DNA from: Eledone cirrhosa
Lineage: Eukaryota
DNA length: 64,000 nt
Reading direction: 5' to 3'
Assembly (NCBI GenBank): GCA_964016885.1
Contig: OZ024741.1
Location: 165,726,001 to 165,790,000, forward strand
Numbering within the stretch: position 1 is the stretch's first letter; every line of letters starts with the position of its first letter. Below, piece after piece: positions 37,100 to 50,028 of this stretch. The notes below the pieces were generated by a model. That model was given only the letters and a program-made list of their open reading frames with translations. It did no database searches and was not told where the DNA came from. Made by a program: the position numbers and the translations under genes.

Positions 37100-40000
37100 T
37101 ATAACTTTGTGATGGTGTTAATGTTGGTCGTGTTGATGATGTTGGTGGTGGTGTTGGTGGTGGTGGTGGTGGTGTTAGCGGTGGTGGTGGTGGTGGTGGT
37201 GGTGGTGGTGTTAGTGGTGGTGGTGGTGGTGTTGATGTCGGTGGTGGTTTTGATGTCGGTGGTGGTGGTGGTGGTGGTGTTGATGTCGGTGGTGGTGGTG
37301 GTAGTGTTGATGTCGGTGGTGATGTCGGTGGTGGTGGTGGTGGTAGTGTTGATGTCGGTGGTGATGGTGTTGATGTCGGTGGTGGTGGTGTTGATGGTGG
37401 TGGTGTTGATGTCGGTGGTGATGGTGTTGATGTCGGTGGTGGTGGTGTTGATGGTGGTGGTGTTGATGTCGGTGGTGATGGTGTTGATGTCGGTGGTGGT
37501 GATGTTGATGGTGGTGGTGTTGATGTCGGTGGTGATGGTGTTGATGTCGGTGGTGATGTCGGTGGTGGTGGTGGTGGTGGTGGTGTTTATGTCGGTGGTG
37601 GTGGTGTTGATGTCGGTGGTGGTGGTGTTGATGTCGGTGGTGGTGGTGTTGATGTTGGTGGTGGTGTTGATGTCGGTGGTGGTGGTGTTGATGTTGGTGG
37701 TGGTGTTGATGTCAGTGGTGGTGGTGTTGATGTCGGTGGTGGTGGTGTTGATGTCGGTGGTGGTGGTGTTGATGTCGGTGGTGGTGGTGTTGATGTTGGT
37801 GGTGGTGGTGTTAATGTCGGTGGTGGTGGTGTTGATGTCGGTGGTGGTGGTGTTGATGTTGGTGGTGGTGTTGATGTCGGTGGTGGTGGTGTTAATGTCG
37901 GTGGTGGTGGTGTTAATGTCGGTGGTGGTGGTGGTGTTGATGTCGGTGGTGGTGGTGTTGATGTCGGTGGTGGTGGTGTTGATGTTGGTGGTGGTGGTGT
38001 TGATGTTGGTGGTGGTGGTGTTGATGTTGGTGGTGGTGGTGTTAATGTCGGTGGTGGTGGTGTTGATGTCGGTGGTGGTGGTGTTGATGTTGGTGGTGGT
38101 GGTGTTGATGGTGGTGGTGGTGGTGTTGATGTCGGTGGTGGTGGTGTTGATGTCGGTGGTGGTGGTGTTGATGGTGGTGGTGGTGTTGATGTCGGTGGTG
38201 GTGGTGTTGATGTCGGTGGTGTTGATGTCGGTGCTGGCGGTGTTGATGTCGGTGGTGGTGGTGTTGATGTTGGTGGTGGTGGTGTTAATGTCGGTGGTGG
38301 TGGTGTTAATGTCGGTGGTGGTGGTGGTGTTGATGTCGGTGGTGGTGGTGTTGATGTCGGTGGTGGTGGTGGTGTTGATGTCGGTGGTGGTGGTGTTGAT
38401 GGTGGTGGTGTTGATGTCGGTGGTGATGGTGTTGATGTCGGTGGTGGTGATGTTGATGGTGGTGGTGTTGATGTCGGTGGTGATGGTGTTGATGTCGGTG
38501 GTGATGTCGGTGGTGGTGGTGGTGGTGGTGGTGTTTATGTCGGTGGTGGTGGTGGTGGTGGTGGTGTTGATGTTGGTGGTGGTGTTGGTGTCGGTGGTGG
38601 TGGTGTTGATGTCGGTGGTGGTGGTGTTGATGTTGGTGGTGGTGTTGATGTCGGTGGTGGTGGTGTTGATGTTGGTGGTGGTGTTGATGTCGGTGGTGGT
38701 GGTGTTGATGTTGGTGGTGGTGTTGATGTCGGTGGTGGTGGTGTTGATGTCGGTGGTGGTGGTGTTGATGTCGGTGGTGGTGGTGTTGATGTTGGTGGTG
38801 GTGGTGTTAATGTCGGTGGTGGTGGTGTTGATGTCGGTGGTGGTGGTGTTGATGTTGGTGGTGGTGTTGATGTCGGTGGTGGTGGTGTTAATGTCGGTGG
38901 TGGTGGTGTTAATGTCGGTGGTGGTGGTGTTGATGTAGGTGGTGGTGGTGTTGATGTCGGTGGTGGTGGTGTTGATGTAGGTGGTGGTGTTGATGTAGGT
39001 GGTGGTGGTGTTGATGTCGGTGGTGGTGGTGTTGATGGTGGTGGTGGTGTTGATGTCGGTGGTGGTGGTGTTGATGTCGGTGGTGTTGATGTCGGTGCTG
39101 GTGGTGTTGATGTCGGTGGTGGTGGTGTTGATGTTGGTGGTGGTGGTGTTAATGTCGGTGGTGGTGGTGTTGATGTCGGTGGTGGTGGTGTTGATGTAGG
39201 TGGTGGTGTTGATGTAGGTGGTGGTGGTGTTGATGTCGGTGGTGGTGGTGTTGATGGTGGTGGTGGTGTTGATGTCGGTGGTGGTGGTGTTGATGTAGGT
39301 GGTGGTGTTGATGTAGGTGGTGGTGGTGTTGATGTCGGTGGTGGTGGTGTTGATGGTGGTGGTGGTGTTGATGTCGGTGGTGGTGGTGTTGATGTCGGTG
39401 GTGGTGGTGTTGATGGTGGTGGTGGTGTTGATGTCGGTGGTGGTGGTGGTGTTGATGGTGGTGGTGGTGTTGATGTCGGTGGTGGTGGTGTTGATGTCGG
39501 TGGTGTTGATGTCGGTGCTGGTGGTGTTGATGTCGGTGGTGGTGGTGTTGATGTCGGTGGTGGTGGTGTTGATGTTGGTGGTGGTGGTGTTAATGTCGGT
39601 GGTGGTGGTGGTGATGCCGGTGGTGGTGATGTCGGTGGTGGTGGTGTTGATGTCGGTGGTGGTGGTGTTGATGTCGGTGGTGTTGGTGTTGATGTCGGTG
39701 GTGATGGTGTTGATGTCGGTGGTGGTGGTGTTGATGTCGGTGGTGGTGGTGGTGATGTCGGTGGTGGTGGTGTTGATGTCGGTGGTGGTGGTGTTGATGT
39801 CGGTGGTGGTGGTGTTGATGTAGGTGGTGGTGGTGTTGATGTAGGTGGTGGTGGTGTTGATGTAGGTGGTGGTGTTGATGTAGGTGGTGGTGGTGTTGAT
39901 GTCGGTGGTGGTGGTGTTGATGTTGGTGGTGGTGGTGGTGGTGTTGATGTCGGTGGTGGTGGTGTTGATGTCGGTGGTGGTGGTGTTGATGTAGGTGGTG

Positions 40001-43000
40001 GTCGTGGTGTCGATGTCGGTGGTGGTGGTGTTGATGTAGGTGGTGATGGTGTTGATGTCGGTGGTGGTGGTGTTGATGTTGGTGGTGGTGGTGGTGTTGA
40101 TGTTGGTGGTGGTGGTGGTGTTGATGTTGGTGGTGGTGGTGGTGTTGATGGTGGTGTTGGTGTTGATGTTGGTGGTGGTGTTGATGGTGGTGTTGATGTT
40201 GGTGGTGGTGGTGGTGTTGGTGGTGGTGTTGGTGTTGATGGTGGTGGTGGTGGTGGTGTTGGTGGTGGTGTTGATGTTGGTGGTGGTGTTGATGTTGGTG
40301 GTGGTGCTGGTGTTGATGTTGGTGGGGGTGGTGGTGTTGATGTTGGTGGTGGTGTTGATGGTGGTGTTGATGTTGGTGGTGGTGGTGATGGTGGTGGTGG
40401 TGTTGGTGGTGGTGTTGATGTTGGTGGTGGTGGTGATGGTGGTGGTGGTGTTGATGTTGGTGGTGGTGGCGTTGATGTTGTTGGTGGTGTTGATGGTGGT
40501 GTTGATGTTGGTGGTGGTAGTGGTGTTGATGGTGGTGGTGGTGGTGGTGTTGGTGGTGGTGGTGGTGTTGATGTTGGTGGTGGTGGTGGTGTTGATGGTG
40601 GTGGTGGTGTTGATGGTAGTGGTGGTGTTGATGGTGGTGGTGGTGTTGATGGTGGTGTTGATGTAGGTGGTGGTGGTGTTGATGTTGGTGGTGGTGGTGG
40701 TGTTGATGTTGGTGGTGGTGGTGGTGTTGATGTTGGTGGTGGTGGTGGTGTTGATGTTGGTGGTGGTGGTGTTGATGTTGGTGGTGGTGGTGGTGGTGTT
40801 GGTGGTGGTGGTGGTGTTGATGTTGGTGGTGGTGGTGTTGATGTTGGTGGTGGTGGTGTTGATGTTGGTGGTGGTGGTGGTGTTGATGTTGGTGGTGGTG
40901 GTGTTGATGTTGGTGGTGGTGGTGGTGTTGATGTTGGTGGTGGTGGTGGTGTTGATGTTGGTGGTGGTGGTGGTGGTGTTGATGGTGGTGGTGGTGGTGT
41001 TGATGGTGTTAGTGATGGGTGTTGACAATTATGATGGCTAGCTAGGTTGTTGATAGTAATATTAATGGTGGTGGTGGTAGTGGTAGTATTGCTGTTGTTG
41101 GTGGTGGTGGGTGTTGACAGTGATGGTGGTGGTGGTGGTGTGTGGGTGTTGACAGTGATGGTGGTGGTGGTGGTGTGGTGGGTGTTGACAATGATGGTGG
41201 CTAAGTTGTTGATGATGGTGGCTAGATTGTTGATAGTAATGTTGGTGGTGGTGGTGGTGGTAGTGGTGGTGGTGGTGGTGGTGGTGGTGGTGGTGGTGGT
41301 GGTGTTGGTGGTGGTGGTGGTGGTGGTGTTGCTGTTGTTGATGGTGGTGGCTAGATTGTTGATAGTAATGTTGGTGGTGGTGGTGGTGGTGGTGGTGGTG
41401 GTGGTGGTGGTGTTGCTGTTGTTGATGATGGTGGCTAGATTGTTGATAGTAATGTTGGTGGTGGTGGTGGTGGTGTTGGTGGTGGTGGTGTTGGTGGTGG
41501 TGGTGGTGGTGGTGGTGGTGGTGGTGGTGGTGTTGGTGGTGGTGGTGGTAGTGGTGGTGTTGGTGGTGGTGGTGTTGGTGGTGGTGGTGGTGGTGGTGGT
41601 GGTGGTGGTGGTGGTGTTGCTGTTGTTGATGATGGTGGCTAGATTGTTGATAGTAATGTTGGTGGTGGTGGTGGTGGTGTTGGTGGTGGTGGTGGTGGTG
41701 TTGGTGTTGGTGGTGGTGGTGGTGGTGTTGGTGGTGGTGGTGGTGTTGCTGTTGTTGATGATGGTGGCTAGATTGTTGATAGTAATGTTGGTGGTGGTGG
41801 TGGTGGTGGTGGTGGTGGTGGTGGTGTTGCTGTTGTTGATGATGGTGGCTAGATTGTTGATAGTAATGTTGGTGGTGGTGGTGGTGGTGTTGGTGGTGGT
41901 GGTGGTGGTGGTGGTGTTGGTGGTGGTGGTGGTGGTGGTGGTGGTGGTGGTGTTGGTGGTGGTGGTGGTGCTGGTGGTGGTGGTGGTGGTGTTGCTGTTG
42001 TTGATGATGGTGGCTAGATTGTTGATAGTAATGTTGGTGGTGGTGGTGGTGGTGTTGGTGGTGGTGGTGGTGGTGGTGGTGTTGGTGGTGGTGGTGGTGG
42101 TGGTGGTGGTGGTGGTGGTGTTGGTGGCGGTGGTGGTGGTGTTGCTGTTGTTGATGATGGTGGCTAGATTGTTGATAGTAATGTTGATGGTGGTGGTGGT
42201 GGTAGTGGTGGTGGTGGTAGTGGTGGTGGTGGTGGTGGTGGTGGTGTTGGTGGTGGTGGTGTTGATGTAGGTGGTGGTGGTGGTGGTGTTGGTGGTGGTG
42301 GTGGTGGTGGTGGTGGTGGTGTTGCTGTTGTTGATGATGGTGGCTAGATTGTTGATAGTAATGTTGGTGGTGGTGGTGTTGGTGATGTTGGTGGTCGTGG
42401 TGCTGGTGGTGTTGCTGTTGTTGATGATGGTGGCTAGATTGTTGATAGTAATGTTGATGGTGGTGGTGGTGGTAGTGGTGGTGGTGGTAGTGGTGGTGGT
42501 GGTGGTGGTGGTGGTGTTGCTGTTGTTGATGATGGTGGCTAGATTGTTGATAGTAATGTTGATGGTGGTGGTGGTGGTAGTGGTGGTGGTGGTAGTGGTG
42601 GTGGTGGTGGTGGTGGTGGTGTTGCTGTTGTTGATGATGGTGGCTAGATTGTTGATAGTAATGTTGGTGGTGGTGTTGGTGATGTTGGTGGTGGTGGTGG
42701 TGGTGGTGGTGTTGCTGTTGTTGATGATGGTGGCTAGATTGTTGATAGTAATGTTGGTGGTGGTGGTGGTGGTGGTGGTGGTGGTGGTAGTGGTGGTGGT
42801 GGTGGTGGTGGTGTTGGTGGTGGTGGTGGTGGTGGTGTTGGTGGTGGTGGTGTTGATGTAGGTGGTGGTGGTGGTGGTGTTGGTGGTGGTGGTGGTCGTG
42901 GTGGTGGTGGTGTTGCTGTTGTTGATGATGGTGGCTAGATTGTTGATAGTAATGTTGGTGGTGTTGGTGGTGGTGGTGTTGGTGGTGGTGGTGGTGGTGG

Positions 43001-43260
43001 TAGTGGTTGTTGACAATGATGGTGGTGGTGGTGGTAGTGGTGGTGGTGGTGGTAGTGGTGGTGGTGCTGGTAGTGGGTGTTGACAATGATGGTGGTGGTG
43101 GTGGTGGTAGTGCTGGTAGTGGGTGTTGACAATGGTGGTTGTGGTGGTGGTAGTGGGTGTTGACAATGATGGTGGTGGTGGTGGTAGTGCTGGTAGTGGT
43201 GGTAGTGGTGGTGGTGCTGGTAGTGGGTGTTGACAATGGTGGTTGTGGTGGTGGTGGTGG
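37100..43260. repeat. 6.2-kb (GGT)n/(ACC)n-derived compound satellite
   Basis: Domains with sub-units gttgatgtc(ggt)n, gttgatgtt(ggt)n, gttgctgttgttgatgatggtggctagattgttgatagtaatgtt(ggt)n and tagtgggtgttgacaatgat. Confidence 0.95.
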
Positions 43261-43587
43261 TTTAAAATTGAAAAGAAGTCAATGGGAGGTGTCTGATTTA
43301 ATCATGAATAATGAATTACAATTTCTTTTCAATATTGTATTGTCTTCTTCATATATATTGAGGGTCCTTGGTTGGTGCTTCTAGTTGGAGGGGTTGTATA
43401 TACAGGCTGAGATGTCGATAAAATGATGGGTGGGGGAGACAGAGTCAAGGAGGAAGAGATAAACAGAGAGAAAACAGGTGGTGAGAGAGAGCGAGTGTGA
43501 CATATATATATAGAGAGAGAGAGAGGGAGAGAGAGAGAGAGGGGTGAGTGGCATATATATATATATAGAGCGAGAGAGAGGGGGAGT

Positions 43588-43623
<36 letters not shown>

Positions 43624-43657
43624 ACTCCCCCCCCCCTCTATATATATATATATATAC

Positions 43658-43744
<87 letters not shown>

Positions 43745-43750
43745 GGGGTG

Positions 43751-43791
<41 letters not shown>

Positions 43792-44281
43792 GAGAGAGTG
43801 AGAGAGAGAAACAGAGATAAAGATTAAATAGTGAAACTGAAAGAGGGGGGGAGGGAGAGAGAGAGAGAAGTAGCCAGAGTGTGAAATATACAGACAGAGA
43901 GAGTGACAGAGAGAAACAAAGATACAGTGAAAGGTGGACATAGGAGAGAGGGGGGGGGGGGGGGGGGCAGAGTAAGAATGGGTAAAAGAATAAATGAGAA
44001 AAAAATCCAGTTAAGCTGTATTGTAATTCTTTGTCAATTTAACAGTCAGTTACCATTCTCTCATAGATTTCAAACAAGTGGACAAGTGGATTTGGTAATA
44101 GAAAAAAAAATTGATTTATCCATTGGTTTTGTTTTTGTTCCTGGTGCCAACCAATTGTCACAAAGTGGCATCAATCTTTTTTCTTTTTTGTGACAACACA
44201 TTTTAATAAAATCTCACTGAAGATTATATATCTTAAATTCTCCTCCCCTCATTCACCAACCACCATATATGCCCCATTATA

Positions 44282-44314
<33 letters not shown>

Positions 44315-44327
44315 TGATATATATATG

Positions 44328-44668
44328 GAGGCACATGGCTTAGTGGTTAGAGCATTGGCCGTGCAATCGAAAGGTTGTGAGTTCAATTCTCAGACCGGGT
44401 GATGCATTGTTTCCTTGAGCAAGACACTTTATTTCACATGGCTCCAGTTTACTCAGCTGTAGAAATGAGATGATAGGGACTGGGGTCCATATCATTCCAC
44501 TGCAAAGTGGTCGTGGAGTGCCACGGCAAAAAGCACCCAGCACTCACTGTAAATGAGGTTGGTGTTAGGAAGGGCATCCAGCTGTAGAAATCAAGCCAGA
44601 ATCAGTTCCTGTCCCACTCTTGCAAGCAGGGAAAAAGCAGACGGAAAATGAAATGAAATGATGAAATG
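44328..44668 (+). mobile_element. SINE family A copy
   Basis: Matches 5152-5492; TA flanks. Confidence 0.9.
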
Positions 44669-44859
44669 ATATATATATATACATATATACATACATTAAT
44701 AGTTTAAATAAAACCAAAGAGTTAATTCCTTAACTCTTTGGTTTTATTTAAATAGCTTTGTGTGACCCTCATTGCATTGAGCTTAAAACACCCTGTATAA
44801 TTACTCCCATTAATATTATAACTATATTATAATATTAGTACTAGTATCATATATATGAG

Positions 44860-45390
44860 ATTGCTTTGGTATGGACATGTGATGCATATGAAGGATAATA
44901 GCTGCATAAAAAGTTCAGAGCGTTCAAAGTCGATGGAAGCCTTGGAGTGGGGAGACGCAAGAAGACTTGGGATGAGGTAATAAAAGCTGATCTTGTCCAC
45001 TTGCACCTCTCAAAGGCAATGGCACAGGACTAAGATCTCTGGTGTTACGCAGTAATATAGAAGACCCAACTTCCCACAAGTACAAACCAAAGCTGAAGCA
45101 TATAGGCAGTATGCCCCCTCCCATTGTAAAGTGGTCGTGTAGGTGTCATGACAAAAATCACCCAGTCCACACTGTTAAGTGGTCGTGTAGGCGCCATGGT
45201 AAAAAAGCATCCAGTACTCACTGTAAATGAGGTTGGTATTAGGAAGGGCATCCAGCTATAGAAATCAAGCCGAAATCAGTTCTGAATGAGCAAGACATAG
45301 TTACCTGACCTGGCATTGCCCACAACAGGACAACTCGTCTAACCCATGCTAGCGTGGAAAAATGGACGTAAAACGGTGATGATGATGAAC
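44860..45390 (+). mobile_element. Decayed RTE 3' remnant
   Basis: WYGHVMHMKDNSCIK remnant, 3'UTR and (GAT)n tail. Confidence 0.85.
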
Positions 45391-46475
45391 CAATAACTCT
45401 TCATGGAGTCATAAAGGTGGTGTAGTGACATAGTTTGTCTTGGGCATTTCAAACATGGTGGAGCCCATCTCTTTCCAGGTCAGATCACAGATCATTTTGC
45501 CCATATAAGAAGAGAGTGATAAAGAGGAGGAATCCACCCCAGTACGGGCCTGGTACTTTTTTTATTGACAAAAGGATGACAGGCAACGTTGATTCCAGCA
45601 GAATTTGAACTCAGAAGAAAGAGAGCTGGAACGAATACTGCAACACATTCAATCTGATGTTATAACAACTCTACTAATTCACTGCCCTATCATACTGGAA
45701 TCATGTGGTTGTGAAATACAGCTGTGCCTGCATTTATCAGTACTGAATTTCTACAGATGATTGTGTGAACTATGACCACAGATTTGACTACAACAGACGT
45801 TTGCTATGCCAGTAAATGTTCAGTCTCTCTCTCTCTCTTTCTCAATATTAATATTCTTCAATCAAGTCTAGTATATGACAGTCCCTCTAGTATAGGAATA
45901 CCTTGTAAAGTATTAGTGTTGGCGCCATAATAAAATGCACTGCACTCAGTTCACTCTGTAAAGTGGTAGTGCTGGTGCCACAATAAAATAAACCAATTCT
46001 GTAAGGTGGTTAGCATTAGGAAATCTATCTAGCCATAGAAACTATAGTAAATATAGAATATAACAAGTAAGCTGAGTCATTGCAACCTAACTGGTCTTGG
46101 ACTATGACAACCCATTCAACCCATCTCATTGTAAAAAGTGGACATAAAATGATGATGACATGAAAAATGCTGCTCTGAAGATTATATTTTAATTCTTCAT
46201 CTTTCACCAACCATCATATATATATATATGACCTATCATTTTGTAACATTAAGTTACAGCCTCACCTCCTCCCACCCCTCTCTCCAATATTAATATTCAA
46301 TACAAAACATTTGACAAATTTATCACAAGTAATAACTAGTATAAAAGCCATTCATTGTAATAGAGGCCGCTAATAAAATATAAAATAAAATCTCATGCAG
46401 GTTCTATTCTGAGAGAGCAATCAATCATTGTTAAATGCCATAAAAACATATACACACACACACACATATATACAT

Positions 46476-46506
<31 letters not shown>

Positions 46507-47144
46507 CATATACACGCACACATATATAAATATACATACACACACACACACACATATATATACACACGCATATATATATACACACATACATGCACACATA
46601 TATATATATTCACACATACACGCACACATATATACACGTACATGCACACATATATACACACATATATACACACACACACGCACACACACATATATATATA
46701 AATATATAAAACGGTGATGATGATGATGAGGATATAAAAGCAAAAAAAAATATTTATTAGAAACCAATCAATATATTAGCATTCAATTTCCTGCAAAACT
46801 TTACAAAACCAAAACATGGATGACAGAAAAAAAGTCAAACAAAATATATGTAAAATATTTGTTTTTATGTCATATAATTATAAATTCTTATATTTTAGTT
46901 TGTTGTTTCCCCTTGGAGAAAATGATGACAAAAAAAAATGTTTAAATAGAATAAAAATGTTGATTGTCTTTTGTAGCTACATTTTTTTCCTATCATAATC
47001 CTTTATCTATATATTAGAAATTACTAACTCTACAATTAAGAATAGTGAATATAAACTTCATGCATGTTGTTTGGGAGTGGGTTATGAAATTACTAGGTTA
47101 TGATGTGGCCATTTGAATCATGGGTTAGCATATCACTCATCAAT

Positions 47145-47520
47145 TTGGCAGTATCAGTAGAGAGTCGGACGCCATGCTTTCTAGCATAGTTACGTCCCTT
47201 TACAGTCTGAGTTCAAATCCCGCCGAGGTTAACTTTGCCTTTCATCCTTACGGAGTCGATAAAATAAAGTACCAGTAATGCACTGGGTAATTGCTGGCCT
47301 TGTGCCTAAAGTAGAAACAATTATATACACTGTAACTTAATGTTTGTTAAATAGTTAACCATCTGTTTGGTAGTGAATTGGCAGAGTTGTTAGAACATCA
47401 AATAGAATGCTTCACAATGTTCATTCTGGTTCTCTATGCACTGAGTTCAAATCCCATAATGGTCAACTTTGCCTTTCATCCTTTCAAGGTTGATAAATAA
47501 AGTAACAGTTAAATAGTGGG
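47145..47520 (+). mobile_element. SINE family B copies (one young, one old)
   Basis: Family B consensus. Confidence 0.82.
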
Positions 47521-48633
47521 TAAATGCTTCCTCTTTATTCATCTGAATTTTCCCTTGCTTTTCCTTTCTCTATTTCTCTGGAAGGAATTACCTGTGTTCC
47601 AATCAGGATAGAGATAGGCTCTGCCTGGTTTAAAATACCCAAGCCATATGTAATGACAGCACCATTATGCCTCCCTCAGAAGTTAAGGGTCCATGGCATA
47701 GCAAATATTTGTTGTAGACACAGCTGTGGTCATAGTTTACACAATCATCTGTAGAAATCCAATACTGATAGATGCAGGCATAGCTTTATGGTTATAAGAT
47801 GCACTTCCCAATCACATGGTTCCAGGTTTAACCCCAAAGCACAGCACGTGGGGGTAAGTGTCATCTCTAACCTCAAGCTGATGTGCAAGTAAATCTGGTA
47901 GACAGAAGCTGTGTAGAGGAACATTGTATATATTCATTCACTTATTTATTTATGATACATCTCATTGTATTGTTATTGGGATTCTTTGCCCTACGATTAA
48001 ACCTATACTCTAAGGCAAAGAACTGTGATAATAATTGTTTCTACATTTGGCACAAGGCCAGCAATTTGAAGGGAAGGGGAAAGTTTATTAAATCGACCTG
48101 AGTGCATTACTAGTACTTTATTTTATCGACCCCGTAAGGATGAAAGGTAAAGCTAACCTTGGCAGGATTTGAACTTAGAATGTAAAGGGTCGTAACTCTA
48201 TGCTACGAAGCCTGGTATCTGATGCTTACTGATACTATCTACACTCACCTTTCTTAAATATAGAGTGCTAAGTTGAATAATGGTCATAACTAGTAACATC
48301 TTTCTCTCTCTCTCTCTCATATATATATAATGTTTATGCCGGGTTCAATTGAGGTTAATCACAGTAAGTAGGGTACTCAATACATAGCAGAGTATAAATA
48401 TTTAATATAGAAAGGGCTTCTACAGGACTAGAAGTGATTCATTCGGGAGAAATAAGTTGATCATTAAATCAGACCAAGGAAACAATGTTTTCATTGGTCG
48501 TTCCAATTGCTAATACTATCTATCGGTTGCAACTCCAGATAGAAGGAGCAACATGAAATAAAGCGTATTGTCCAATATATATATATATAAAGTTAAATAA
48601 AAGTCAAATGATTAAAATTTAGCTTCGTTTATT

Positions 48634-48688
48634 ACTGCTATATATATTTCAATGACAGCCATCTTTGGCTGTGACCTCTTCAGGCAGT
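48634..48688 (-). ncRNA. Minimal type-I hammerhead ribozyme (copy 1)
   Basis: Reverse complement of the 49974-50028 motif; one stem II G-C to G-U change. Confidence 0.8.
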
Positions 48689-49973
48689 TTGAATTAGTAT
48701 GGTATAGACAAGTACATATGTTGTTTAGGTGTATGATATTGTCAATACTCTGATATGCCCAGTTCCTTGTTGGGTTGTTAATTCACTGGGGAACTGGAGT
48801 CATATGAATTCAAACAAATGAATTTCAGTGTCACAGGTCCCCTTCTCCTCTCATTGGTCAGTTATTAGAACATTCCTCATTCTAAGTGTTGTTATTGTTG
48901 GAATTAGCTTAAAAATTGATAAAATGGTAGAAGGGACAAGGTGTTAAAGGAAGAAAATAACAAAAAAAGTGTCAAACTTCCCATTGTTCAGTTCTGAGAG
49001 CATTCCTCAGTCAGAAGTCTATAGGATTCTTTCTGGGGTGAGGCTCCCTGTAGTGTTTTTGCCTGCTATTGTTCAGTACATTTGACCTCCACCATTATTT
49101 TGGTACTGTTGTTGTTGTAGTGGTCAGCTTATATCTTGCTGCTGCTAACAATTTAGAAGTATCCAGTTTGTGTTTTTTCTTCATCCCTCCCGCCACCATC
49201 GTAGTGGTGGTGGTGGTGGTGGGGGGGGGGGGTCTTTCATGTATATGAAGAAATATAAGGCAATAAATGAAGAAAACAGAAAATAAATAAATAATATAAT
49301 AAAATAATTAATATAATTTGTGTAATTTGAAAATAAATAAATAAATAAATAGAGAATAAAGAATAAAGAGTAAATGAGAGATTGGTGAAAAAGTAATGAT
49401 AATGTATATGGAGAAGTGAGAAATAATGTAGGATAAAGTGTGTGTGTGTGTGCTATAACCAATCTCAAGGTCAGAATATGTTGGATAGATTGGTATGATA
49501 CAAGATGTTAAGATGAGATATTCAATGTGTTTGTGTTATAATCTATCTCAACTTAAAATAAATATAAAGTGATACAGTGAAGAGGGCAGAAAACATAACA
49601 AATTAATAAAGAGAAATCAAGATTTAAGATTGGAACTTGAAAGTCAGAAATCTGGTAAATTAAAAGTGTTTGTGTTATAGATGTTGGCCAAATTATTATG
49701 GCTGTGTCCGATTCTATCTCTAGGCTATCATGGTGTCTGCTCCGCCTGGTTTCTCCAACTCCAACAATAACAACACTTAGAATGAGGAATGTTCTAATAA
49801 CTGACCAATGAGAGGAGAAGGGGACCTGTGACACTAAAATTCGTTTGTTTGAATTCATATGACTCCAGTTCCCCAGTGAATTAACAACCCAACAAGGAAC
49901 TGGGCATATCAGAGTATTGACAATATCATACACCTAAACAACATATGTACTTGTCTATACCATACTAATTCAA

Positions 49974-50028
49974 ACTGCCTGAAGAGGTCACAGCCAAAGA
50001 TGGCTGTCACTGAAATATATATAGCAGT
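49974..50028 (+). ncRNA. Minimal type-I hammerhead ribozyme (copy 2)
   Basis: actgc-CTGAAGA-ggtcacagcca aaga tggctgtcact-GAAA-tatata-TA-gcagt. Confidence 0.82.

Noticed and set aside
37109-43236. Poly-Val, Pro/Thr-rich and His/Gln-rich long ORFs
   Set aside because: Alternative frames of one trinucleotide-derived satellite; no unique domain or codon diversity.
47592-47752. Apparent minus-strand exon (tttctacag...cag|gtaatt)
   Set aside because: Stops in all three frames, and an inverted paralog at ~45746-45812 indicates a dispersed repeat.
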